A stretch of 34,632 bases of DNA from Moraxella sp. (GTDB taxonomy: Bacteria; Pseudomonadota; Gammaproteobacteria; Pseudomonadales; Moraxellaceae), in the NCBI RefSeq assembly GCF_024227015.1, contig NZ_JAAELD010000138.1, forward strand, positions 1 through 34,632, given 5' to 3'. Below are positions 1 to 8,837 of this stretch, one piece after another; the stretch's first letter is position 1; each line of letters opens with the position of its first letter. A program made the translations under genes and the position numbers. Below the pieces are notes generated by a model. It had not been told where the DNA came from and did not search any database. It saw only the letters and a program-made list of their open reading frames with translations.

Positions 1-384
1 CACTTCACTGGCGACCCTACCAACGATGGGTTGCCATTTGGCGATCAAATCGGGTAACCGAGAAGATAACGCCTGCCGATAAATTCGTAAAATCTGACTT
101 TCATCAGCGGGCAAATCCAAACTCTCACCCCATAATCTTCGCTCATAAGCATGGTGAAAATGCGCTTTTTGTTGTAGTTTATGATGCGTCTGAAACGCCC
201 AAGACAACCGCGCTCGAACCGCCTCTATGACAGCACGCTCAGATGCCCATCTTGGCACGCTGACATGACATTCGCCCGCTTTCATGCGAAAGTTAATGTT
301 CTTTACTGATTTTTTGGTGATGCTTAGAACGATTCCTTGTTCAGCAAAGTCTTGATGTAGTCTTAATAACTGCTCTGATCGCAT
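1..384 (-). CDS. Partial (N-terminal part) YgjP/DUF45-like M48-type metallopeptidase family protein, running off the window edge
   Basis: Manual translation, absent from the ORF track: MRSEQLLRLHQDFAEQGIVLSITKKSVKNINFRMKAGECHVSVP...LWGE...LIAKWQPIVGRVASEV, open to base 1. The KK-VKNINFR...VSVP and W-P--G patterns fit the DUF45 N-terminus. An alternative in-frame ATG lies at 417. HExxH would lie outside the window. Confidence 0.7.
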   Translation of the reverse strand, partial: MRSEQLLRLHQDFAEQGIVLSITKKSVKNINFRMKAGECHVSVPRWASERAVIEAVRARLSWAFQTHHKLQQKAHFHHAYERRLWGESLDLPADESQILRIYRQALSSRLPDLIAKWQPIVGRVASEV

Positions 385-455
385 GAGCGTATTTACTCTT
401 TGGGATAAATAAATCATTATAGCAGTCTTATTATTAGCACAAAATAAATCAACAC

Positions 456-488
456 AAAAAAACAGGCTGGATAATCCAACCTGTTTTT
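456..488 (-). terminator. Intrinsic terminator after the OmpA-family gene
   Basis: aaaaacaggctgga-taa-tccaacctgttttt inverted repeat with A/T tracts. Confidence 0.75.
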
Positions 489-507
489 GAATGATCAACG
501 CTAAGAA

Positions 508-1167
508 TTAACGAAGTTCTTGTGGTGCGTTGATGGTTAGCTCTACGCGGCGGTTTTGAGAACGACCTGACTCGTTCGCGTTGCTCGCGATAGGCTGAGT
601 TTGACCATAGCCTACTGTTCTGATACGGTGTGCTGGTACACCACGAGATACCAGGTAGTTAGATACTGCTGCCGCACGACGTTGTGAAAGCGCTTGGTTA
701 TAAGATGCGGTACCCGTGCTGTCAGTGTGACCTGCCACAACGATGGTGGTTTGATCATACTGGATCATTGTTTGAGCCAATTGGTTTAGGCTGTTGTAGA
801 ATGATGAGCTGATGGTTGCGTCATCATGAGCGAATGTGATGTTGCCTGGCATTACTAGGTTGATGTTACCTTGTGAGTCTTGACGTACTTCAACGCCAGT
901 ACCTGCCATTTGTTGTTCGATTTGCTTAGCTTGGCGACCCATGTACGCACCAACGCCCGCACCCAATACTGCGCCGATCGCTGCGTCACGACCAGTCTTC
1001 TCGCCACCAGTCGCTTTAGAGATAGCGGCGCCACCTAGTGCGCCTGCCAATGCGCCGATGCCGGCTTTTTTGGTTTGATCGTTAACAACTGGACCGCCAG
1101 TAGTCGCACAGCCTGTGATAACCATGCTAGATGCCAATGCTGTTACAGCAAGTAGTTTCATTTTCAT
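508..1167 (-). CDS. OmpA-family outer-membrane lipoprotein with glycine zipper (YiaD-like)
   Basis: Lipobox ITGC, glycine-zipper segment, OmpA_C motifs GHTDSTG, NQALSQRRA and NRRVEL. Confidence 0.92.
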   Translation of the reverse strand: MKMKLLAVTALASSMVITGCATTGGPVVNDQTKKAGIGALAGALGGAAISKATGGEKTGRDAAIGAVLGAGVGAYMGRQAKQIEQQMAGTGVEVRQDSQGNINLVMPGNITFAHDDATISSSFYNSLNQLAQTMIQYDQTTIVVAGHTDSTGTASYNQALSQRRAAAVSNYLVSRGVPAHRIRTVGYGQTQPIASNANESGRSQNRRVELTINAPQELR

Positions 1168-1575
1168 GTTAGACTCCTTAAGTCTTTTTATAAAATTTTT
1201 GAAATTATCTCAAGCAGATTAGAGAGCTAATTCGCTTGCCTTGATTGCATTATGAATGAAAAAACTTGCTTGTCTGTTGTAAGTGTGTATCTCATCAGTG
1301 TACTTTTGATTATCTTTCTTGAAAAATCACCATAATTTTGAGATATTTTTGTCAGATTTCCCCAAAAAATCAGCCAAAATCACAGACTTCTTCACCAAAA
1401 TGACCAATCCACCTTTCAAATTTTGGTCGTTTGGAAACAAATGCTGAGTAATATTGTATCAAAATTTTTCAAAAATTAGATTTCAACGGATTTTTTCGGA
1501 CAAATTTACCGTTTTTTTATCAAAATTTGATAAAATGCGTTTAAATTTTTGAATTTCGCAGAATTTTTCATATTT

Positions 1576-1594
1576 TGTTACACAATTTGTAACA
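1576..1594. promoter_or_regulatory. Perfect palindromic operator-like site TGTTACA-N5-TGTAACA
   Basis: 7-bp perfect inverted repeat about 55 bp upstream of the acyltransferase start, in a divergent promoter region. Confidence 0.4.
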
Positions 1595-1648
1595 CCTGCG
1601 CAATTTATAACCTTTTATTGATTAAAAATAAGATTTTTAGGATCAGTC

Positions 1649-2611
1649 ATGAGCGCAAATTCTCGTAAGACCCTGCCTTTTTTTCAAAAATTACACGAAA
1701 CCAACCCAAAACTCGCCCAAAAATTATCCTTTGCGATTGGCACGGGCAGCATCGCAGCCAATAGCTTGGCCTTGTCAGCGCCACTTTATACGGCCGGTCT
1801 TGCTAAGATGTTCGGCAAATCAAAACGTGCTGACAAGGCAGTCATCGGCATGGCAGATTATTGGATTCGCTCAAATAATTTCATGATCGACAAGGTATTG
1901 CCTGCCAAAGACTGGCGCATCAGCCTGCCCGATGACCTAAACCCAAATGGCAAATACCTACTCATGTGCAACCATCAGTCATGGGTAGACACGAGCATCA
2001 TTCAGTACGCCAGCGAAGGTCGTCTGCCGATCACGCGTTTTTTTGCCAAGCATGAGCTGATATACATTCCTGTGGTGGGTCAGACGTTTTATTTTCTGGA
2101 CTTTCCAATGATGAAACGCCACTCAAAAGAGCAAATCGCCAAAAACCCAGAACTCGCCAGACGCGACCTAGACGAAGCGCGACGCGCGTGCGGACTGCTC
2201 GCTGATAAGCCTTTTGTTCTGCTCAACTACCTAGAAGGCACGCGCTTCACCAAAGCCAAACACACCGCCCAAAAATCACCCTATAAGCACCTACTAAAAC
2301 CAAAAGCGGGCGGTTTTGCGCTTGCCATCAGCAGTCTTGGCGAGCAGATAGATGGCATCCTAGACATGACGCTCGTCTACCCTGACGGCGCGCCTGAATA
2401 TAGCGATCTTTGGCAAGGTAAACTTACTCGCCTGGGCGTCGATATTCGCCACATCAAGATGGAAGATGACCTATTCAACGCCCTAAAAAATGGTGAATAC
2501 GACAGCAATGATGACGTAAAAGCCAAGCTGTTCTCATGGCTGGATGAGACTTGGAAAGCCAAAGATGCTCGTATCAATGAGATGTTGGCTGAATTTGACT
2601 CAACAACATAA
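1649..2611 (+). CDS. PlsC/YihG-like lysophospholipid acyltransferase
   Basis: NHQSWVD (HX4D), FFAKHEL and YLEGTRF motifs. Confidence 0.9.
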   Translation: MSANSRKTLPFFQKLHETNPKLAQKLSFAIGTGSIAANSLALSAPLYTAGLAKMFGKSKRADKAVIGMADYWIRSNNFMIDKVLPAKDWRISLPDDLNPNGKYLLMCNHQSWVDTSIIQYASEGRLPITRFFAKHELIYIPVVGQTFYFLDFPMMKRHSKEQIAKNPELARRDLDEARRACGLLADKPFVLLNYLEGTRFTKAKHTAQKSPYKHLLKPKAGGFALAISSLGEQIDGILDMTLVYPDGAPEYSDLWQGKLTRLGVDIRHIKMEDDLFNALKNGEYDSNDDVKAKLFSWLDETWKAKDARINEMLAEFDSTT

Positions 2612-2659
2612 TAGCAGCGCTATAATAACAGCCCAATACTTTTAATTTGTGATAATTCT

Positions 2660-3766
2660 ATGCGACAAACACCCGACCTGGACGACCTAAGCATACCACA
2701 ATCTCACGAAGTGCCTAATGACGTCGTGCCTTTATTTGGCAGTGATTCAGACGATCATCAGCCAAGCAAACTTAAAATCGGCTACGACATCTTGATGCTT
2801 GGTCTGCTCGTGGTGGACTTGACACTAATCTTTATAGATAACATTCTGATGAGTGCGCTCGTCGAGAAGCTCGCAGAATGGATGAACTTTAGCGCACCTT
2901 TGCAGGTGTACCAAAACCAGTATCACGAAACGCTTGCGGCAGTTGGTGGCATGTTCACACTGCTGTGGGTGACAGAGCTTACGGTGCGCTGGGTGCTTGC
3001 CATCGTAGACCATACTTATCATCGATGGTTTTTCTTTCCTTTTGTGCATTGGTATGAAGTATTGGCGTGTTTCCCTGCCCTGCGTGCGCTTAGACTGCTC
3101 CGCGCTGGTATCATCATCAAGCGCCTGCACGAAGTGGGTATTAAGGTCATTCCAGAGCGTTGGATCAATTCAGCCAAATTCTACTATGGCGTGATTCTAG
3201 AAGAGCTGTCCGATCGAGTGATTCTAACCGCCACCGACAACATCCGCGAACAAATCAAACGCTCAAAAACTCACGACAAACTCATCCAAGACACCATCAA
3301 CAAAAACCGTGCTGCCTTTGAAAATGCCGTACTTGAGCTTCTGCGCGCAGAGCTTAGCCCTAAGTTAAGCTTAGCTTTTAATAACCAGGTTGGTGAACAG
3401 CTCTCATCTGACATCGGAGCTGCGGTTGAGCGCGCGCTCATTGACACCCCAGAACTCAAAAAATACCTAAAACTCATCCCGATCGCGGGCAATCTCATCG
3501 AGAATCAGATCACCACCATCGGCAAGAACATCGGGGAGAATGTCACCACTTCGGTGAATTCACACCTGTTCGACGATAGGACGCTGGACGCGCTCATGGT
3601 GCAGATTGCCAAAGGTGTGGCAAGCATCGACACCGATCGCCCAGCACTTCAAAAACTCGTTGCCAATGTGGTCGAAGATGCGCTGAGTGCTTTTGAGCAA
3701 CAAGTCAAAGCTCAGCAATGGAAACACAGTGCACAAATCAAAGCAGCGGTATCAGAACACCAATAA
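2660..3766 (+). CDS. Membrane protein with an S1-S4 voltage-sensor-like domain and a helical C-terminal region
   Basis: Hydrophobic segments with FTLLWVTELTVRW (S2-like), HWYEVLACFP (S3-like) and LRALRLLR (S4-like); no pore motif. Confidence 0.6.
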   Translation: MRQTPDLDDLSIPQSHEVPNDVVPLFGSDSDDHQPSKLKIGYDILMLGLLVVDLTLIFIDNILMSALVEKLAEWMNFSAPLQVYQNQYHETLAAVGGMFTLLWVTELTVRWVLAIVDHTYHRWFFFPFVHWYEVLACFPALRALRLLRAGIIIKRLHEVGIKVIPERWINSAKFYYGVILEELSDRVILTATDNIREQIKRSKTHDKLIQDTINKNRAAFENAVLELLRAELSPKLSLAFNNQVGEQLSSDIGAAVERALIDTPELKKYLKLIPIAGNLIENQITTIGKNIGENVTTSVNSHLFDDRTLDALMVQIAKGVASIDTDRPALQKLVANVVEDALSAFEQQVKAQQWKHSAQIKAAVSEHQ

Positions 3767-3893
3767 TTTAAAGCTGGCAACGATAGATATTGTTGGAAAT
3801 TCAAGCAATTAAAGAAAAGCGGTGTTCTTTCGACGCCAAAAAAATGCTACAATCTTAGCGTTTTATTTTATTTCATTAAGACGGTTTATTATC

Positions 3894-4646
3894 ATGAGTA
3901 AAGCCATTCAGTTATTCGGCAAGATGCTGACCTTCAGCCGAATCAAAATCACCACAGATAATCTAGGCGACATTCAGGCTGAATTGACCAATGCATTGTC
4001 AGGCAATTCAGCAACCGCGAACATCCCCGTCGTAATCGACAGTGATGTCAATCTAGACCTAGAAGCACTGGTGGACAACTTGTGGCAGCTTGGTGTGCAG
4101 CCGATTGGCGTGGTCGATGGGGTGCTCAACACCCAAGCCAAACAGCTTCGCCTTGCCATCCTCCCTCCTGATGGCAAGCGACTCGAACGCATTCAACCCA
4201 AAGAAGATCGCCCTGTCAAACCTGCAGTGATTAATAAGCCTGACAATAGCACTAACAATAATGCCAACACGGCCGTCAGCACACCGGTACAAGCACCCAC
4301 CTATCAGCCTCAGCCAAGCAGCACCTACGCACAGATGGTACGCTCAGGTCAGAGCATTCATCACTTCGGTGGCGACCTCACCATCATCGGCGGGGTGAAT
4401 CAAGGCGCTGAAGCCATCACTGACAGCAACCTGCACATCTATGGTCGCGGGTTGGGTCGATTGGTGGCGGGTGCGACAGGCGATAAAGACGCTCGCATCT
4501 TCTGCCAAAAATTCAATCCAACATTGGTGTCTGTCGCAGGCACCTACTGCCTCTCAGAAGGCATCCCAAGCGAGATGATCGATGAGGCGGTACAAGTCAG
4601 TTATGACGAAAAAGAAGGCTTGGTATTTACCAAAATTGATACCTAA
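3894..4646 (+). CDS. minC: Septum site-determining protein MinC
   Basis: VRSGQ...GDLTIIGGVNQGAE...HIYG...GRLVAGA motif; upstream of minDE; ATG at 3894 preferred over GTG at 3822. Confidence 0.93.
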   Translation: MSKAIQLFGKMLTFSRIKITTDNLGDIQAELTNALSGNSATANIPVVIDSDVNLDLEALVDNLWQLGVQPIGVVDGVLNTQAKQLRLAILPPDGKRLERIQPKEDRPVKPAVINKPDNSTNNNANTAVSTPVQAPTYQPQPSSTYAQMVRSGQSIHHFGGDLTIIGGVNQGAEAITDSNLHIYGRGLGRLVAGATGDKDARIFCQKFNPTLVSVAGTYCLSEGIPSEMIDEAVQVSYDEKEGLVFTKIDT

Positions 4647-4851
4647 TTGTCATTTTTATTTAAAAAGACAAAAACCTGTTTATTTTTTATCAATTTACTG
4701 GCGAATTTGCCTATAATTTTTCGCAAAATTATTCATAAATTGGTAAAATATGTTATGCTTATTAGATAATTTTTTGATAAATTTGCATTTGTTTTATTTA
4801 TTAGCATAACTTAATAGATAAAATGATTATATTTAACTAAGGAGTGCCATT

Positions 4852-5667
4852 GTGGCAAAAATCATCGTAGTAACTTCAGGTAAAGGCGGTGTTGGCAAGA
4901 CCACCACGAGCGCATCTTTTGGTGCAGGCCTGGCCAAGCGTGGCTATAAGACTGTCATCATCGACTTTGATGTGGGCTTGCGTAATCTTGACCTGATCAT
5001 GGGCTGTGAGAACCGCATCGTATATGACTTTGTTGACGTTATTAGCGGTAACGCCAAGCTAACCCAAGCATTGGTTAAAGACAAGCAACTAGAGAATCTG
5101 TACATTCTACCTGCTTCACAGACTCGTGACAAAGACGCACTGACTGACGAAGGTGTTGCCACTGTTATGAAAGAGTTGGCAGAAGACTTAGCATTTGACT
5201 TCATCATCTGTGACAGTCCAGCAGGTATTGAGCGTGGCGCACAGCTTGCCATGTATCATGCGGACGAAGCCCTAATCGTCACCAACCCAGAAGTATCTAG
5301 TGTGCGTGACTCTGACCGCATCATCGGCATCCTACAGTCTCGCACCAAGAGAGTTGAGGAAGGTGGCAGCGTACGCGAACACCTGGTGATCACTCGCTAC
5401 AACCCAGAGCGCGCCGCTCAAGGCGAGATGATGGACATCGACACCATCGCGAACGAGATTCTACGCGTGCCTTTGATTGGTGTGATCCCAGAGAGTAACG
5501 CTGTGCTAGAAGCATCTAACCACGGTCAGCCTGTGATTCACTACCCTGAATCAGCGGCAGGTCAGTGCTATGATGACATCGTTGCACGTTTCTTGGGTGA
5601 AGAGCGCCCACTGCGCCACCTAGACGTGAAGAAAAAAGGCTTCTTTGCAAAACTGTTCGGAGGCTAA
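4852..5667 (+). CDS. minD: Septum site-determining ATPase MinD
   Basis: [10 protein letters not shown] Walker [19 protein letters not shown]-terminal membrane helix [11 protein letters not shown]; AAGGAG RBS with GTG start. Confidence 0.97.
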   Translation: MAKIIVVTSGKGGVGKTTTSASFGAGLAKRGYKTVIIDFDVGLRNLDLIMGCENRIVYDFVDVISGNAKLTQALVKDKQLENLYILPASQTRDKDALTDEGVATVMKELAEDLAFDFIICDSPAGIERGAQLAMYHADEALIVTNPEVSSVRDSDRIIGILQSRTKRVEEGGSVREHLVITRYNPERAAQGEMMDIDTIANEILRVPLIGVIPESNAVLEASNHGQPVIHYPESAAGQCYDDIVARFLGEERPLRHLDVKKKGFFAKLFGG

Positions 5668-5668
5668 T

Positions 5669-5944
5669 ATGAAAAAAGGATTCTGGGCATCCCTATTTGG
5701 GGGTAATGACACACCTAGCAGCGCAGACATCGCCAAAGACCGCCTAAAGGTCATCGTGGCAAGTTCTGACCGTCTGAACACTCGCTTAACAGCCGACCGC
5801 ATTGAGCAGATGAAGCGTGAAATCTTAGAAGTGGTCAATAAATACGTCAATGGCGTACAGCTTGACAATGTCAACATCAATCATCACCACGAAGATGATA
5901 TTGACATGCTTGAGATGAGCATCAGCCTGCCTGATCGCAAGTAA
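5669..5944 (+). CDS. minE: Cell division topological specificity factor MinE
   Basis: [14 protein letters not shown]...[13 protein letters not shown]; GGAGG RBS within the minD end, ATG at 5669. Confidence 0.95.
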   Translation: MKKGFWASLFGGNDTPSSADIAKDRLKVIVASSDRLNTRLTADRIEQMKREILEVVNKYVNGVQLDNVNINHHHEDDIDMLEMSISLPDRK

Positions 5945-6008
5945 CAGCAGGCAAGTGGCGTCAGACAAGTAACAACTGCCACGCCCAAAAACTCAAAACG
6001 CATCAAGA

Positions 6009-6040
6009 GAAAAACACCCAAATCATTTTGGGTGTTTTTC
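6009..6040. terminator. Bidirectional terminator between convergent minE and cytochrome b561 genes
   Basis: gaaaaacacccaaa-tcat-tttgggtgtttttc. Confidence 0.8.
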
Positions 6041-6082
6041 GTATGCGCTATTAACAACTGGTCATTGAACTGGTTATTGGCA

Positions 6083-6619
6083 TCAGCGCATTCTTGCGAT
6101 CAGATTGTCCTTCACCACAAATTGATGATAAAGCGCCGCACCGATATGTGCAACGATCAGTAGCCACATCGCCGTCCAGATAAATTCAGTATGCCAAAGG
6201 TTCATGAGTTTTGACATATCACGATCCACGCCAACGATCATAGGCAGCTCAAATAACCCAAATACACTCACGCCACGGCCGCCATACATTGACATCAGCG
6301 CGCCTGTGATTGGCATGGCAAGCATCACCACATATAACGCCAAATGCACCAAATGCGCAGCCAATGTCTGAAGTGCAGGTGCTGGTACGGGCGCTGGTGC
6401 TTTGGTCACAAAGCGAGTAATGATACGAAGAATCGTCCAAATTAAGAAGCTGGCCCCGATGGATTTGTGCACGCCAATAAAATCATCGCCTTGATTGATG
6501 GTGATGAACGCCGCCAAGATCAGCAATACCCCCACCCAATGAAAGATACGCACGGCAAGCGCATATTTTTGGACAGGTTGCACAGAACTGGCGTTGGGCT
6601 TGTGATGTGCAGAACTCAT
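6083..6619 (-). CDS. Cytochrome b561 family (CybB/YceJ-like)
   Basis: Four TM helices with heme-ligand His residues: FHW, HKSIG, WH, HIGAALYH...RM; GGAGA RBS before ATG at 6619. Confidence 0.9.
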   Translation of the reverse strand: MSSAHHKPNASSVQPVQKYALAVRIFHWVGVLLILAAFITINQGDDFIGVHKSIGASFLIWTILRIITRFVTKAPAPVPAPALQTLAAHLVHLALYVVMLAMPITGALMSMYGGRGVSVFGLFELPMIVGVDRDMSKLMNLWHTEFIWTAMWLLIVAHIGAALYHQFVVKDNLIARMR

Positions 6620-6788
6620 AAAATCTCCCACGTTAAATTAAAATACCTTTATAGTCTAACGGATTATCCAAAAAAATCCATGAGTTTTTTGTTTACTATT
6701 TCACCAATCATCGCCTATCTGCAAAAAATCTCATTTTTTATAAAAAACATGCTAAGATAATCCTAAATTCTATGTCTTACCAATCATC

Positions 6789-7856
6789 ATGCGTGCTGTT
6801 TATTGTTTACCTTATTTTTTTGCATTACTCGTCGGCTGCCAAGATGTGGGCAGCGCGGATGTGGCAGAGCATCTGGACAATAAAATTGACAACCGTGATG
6901 AATCTGCCGCCACGAAGCGCGACCAACTACTGCAAGATGACATCGCCGAACACCCCGTACATTTCGACGGTGACGAGGTTATTCTAGATAGCATACATCT
7001 ATCTTCAGTCAAGATGTCACGCTATCAGCCCAGTTTTAGCTTACAAGGCATCATCGCGCCCATCCAAAGAATCAATCTCGTTCAGCCCATTGACATCACG
7101 GTGGCTAATGTTCTTGTCAAATCAGGCGATGCTGTCAAAAAAGGCGACACCCTGGCCCATCTTCAACCGCTATCAATAGACGCAGCCAATGAAGATGAAG
7201 AGCGAAACAGTCCATCAGAAGATGAGCAAATCATCATGCTGACCGCGCCTTTTGGTGGGGCGGTAGACAATTTACATCTAAATACTGGCATGACCATCAA
7301 AGCCAACACACCCCTACTGACCCTCGTTGATGAATCAAAATATCAGTTCATCAGTCGTCTGCCCGCCTATCTAAAACCACATCTAAAAATCGGAAAGACC
7401 GTCGACATCAGCGTTGATGATGCGCCATTTAGCGGACAAATCGCTCGCGTGACCGAAAGCCCAGAATCATTTAGCACGATTGATGTCAGTGTTGAAATCT
7501 CACCAAAAAAAGACAGTGCCAACAGACTCACCTCAGGGCAATTCGCCAAAGGCATCGTGGAATACGGTCAGATCAGTGTTGGCGCACTCGTGCCTGAATT
7601 CGCCATCGTTGATGACGACTTATCAACACTTGACCTAATCAAGCTCCACACCCCGCCGCACAAGCCTCAAGCGCCCATCGCCGCGAACGTCTGGGTGGTC
7701 AAGCAAGATGCCAGCCTTACGCTGTCGCGCGTGCACATCATCGAATACCTGCCAGAATCACGCAGATTCTTGGTATCAGGCATCACCGAAGACAGCTTAA
7801 TTGTCTTGGCTGAACTGCCAATGAAAGCCGATGGCAAACGCGTGGTCGTCGATTGA
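6789..7856 (+). CDS. Efflux periplasmic adaptor (membrane fusion protein)-like lipoprotein
   Basis: Lipobox LVGC, lipoyl-like halves VKSGDAVKKGDTL and LTAPFGGAV, and GQF...ALVP. Confidence 0.75.
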   Translation: MRAVYCLPYFFALLVGCQDVGSADVAEHLDNKIDNRDESAATKRDQLLQDDIAEHPVHFDGDEVILDSIHLSSVKMSRYQPSFSLQGIIAPIQRINLVQPIDITVANVLVKSGDAVKKGDTLAHLQPLSIDAANEDEERNSPSEDEQIIMLTAPFGGAVDNLHLNTGMTIKANTPLLTLVDESKYQFISRLPAYLKPHLKIGKTVDISVDDAPFSGQIARVTESPESFSTIDVSVEISPKKDSANRLTSGQFAKGIVEYGQISVGALVPEFAIVDDDLSTLDLIKLHTPPHKPQAPIAANVWVVKQDASLTLSRVHIIEYLPESRRFLVSGITEDSLIVLAELPMKADGKRVVVD

Positions 7857-8056
7857 TACACGATAATGCGAATTGTTACTGACAATTTTCAAAAGCCGCT
7901 TAGTTTTACGCGATTCTTGGGAACTTTGCGCAAATTTCCATAAAAAGGTGTTATTTGCTACAAATTAACACTTGTCAAGCCAAGCAAACATTGGCAAGAT
8001 ATGCATACTAGATTTTAATTTCATTTTTGAAATAGCTTACTCAACTAGGATAATCC

Positions 8057-8779
8057 ATGAATAAACAAATTTTACTTATCGAAGACGACCCAGATTTGGC
8101 AGAGCTAATCAGCGACTATCTGTCAATGAACTACTATGAAGTACATCATGCCGCCACAGGTCAAGGCGGACTTGACCTGCTAGATGCCAAAGAACGCAAC
8201 ATCAGCTTAATCGTGCTTGATTTGATGCTGCCTGACATGGATGGCATGCAAGTCTGCCAAAAAGTTCGTGGTTCAAAGAACCCACACATCAATAAAGTTC
8301 CCATCGTCATGCTGACCGCTAAGGGCGATACCACCGATCGTGTTTTGGGTCTTGAGATGGGTGCTGATGATTATATTTCTAAGCCGTTTGAGCCGCGTGA
8401 GTTGCTTGCACGTATCCGTGCGGTACTTCGTCGCCACGAGACGCCAAACCAAGCCGACCTACATTCTGGCAGTCTAACATTCGGTCGCCTAACGGTGTTC
8501 CCTGACAGCCACGAAGTGACCATCGATGACAAGATCGTACGTCTGACCACGCACCAATTCCAGCTACTGCATTACTTTGCAACCCATGCTGGCAAGGTGC
8601 TAAATCGTGAACAACTGTGGCAAGCCATGCCAAACGATGACAGCTCAGAAAACATAGATCGCGCCATTGACGTACACATCTCACGCCTACGCGCACTCAT
8701 CGAAGACAACCCGCGTCAGCCTAAACGCATCATCACCGTGCGCGGTGTGGGTTACCAGTTCGCGACCGACCAAGTATAG
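8057..8779 (+). CDS. OmpR/PhoB-family response regulator
   Basis: LIEDD, LDLMLP, GADDYISKPF; winged helix IDVHISRLR...TVRGVGY. Confidence 0.95.
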   Translation: MNKQILLIEDDPDLAELISDYLSMNYYEVHHAATGQGGLDLLDAKERNISLIVLDLMLPDMDGMQVCQKVRGSKNPHINKVPIVMLTAKGDTTDRVLGLEMGADDYISKPFEPRELLARIRAVLRRHETPNQADLHSGSLTFGRLTVFPDSHEVTIDDKIVRLTTHQFQLLHYFATHAGKVLNREQLWQAMPNDDSSENIDRAIDVHISRLRALIEDNPRQPKRIITVRGVGYQFATDQV

Positions 8780-8790
8780 GTCTGTCTGAT

Positions 8791-8819
8791 AAAAGACCAT
8801 CGCCATGATGGTCTTTTTT
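8791..8819 (+). terminator. Terminator-like hairpin between the regulator and kinase genes
   Basis: aaaagaccatcg-cca-tgatggtctttttt. Confidence 0.65.
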
Positions 8820-8837
8820 ATGTGATTTTTAAAGTTT

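Noticed and set aside
6467-6760. 97-aa ORF and other short overlapping ORFs in the track
   Set aside because: They overlap confident genes on the opposite strand or frame and have no recognisable motifs
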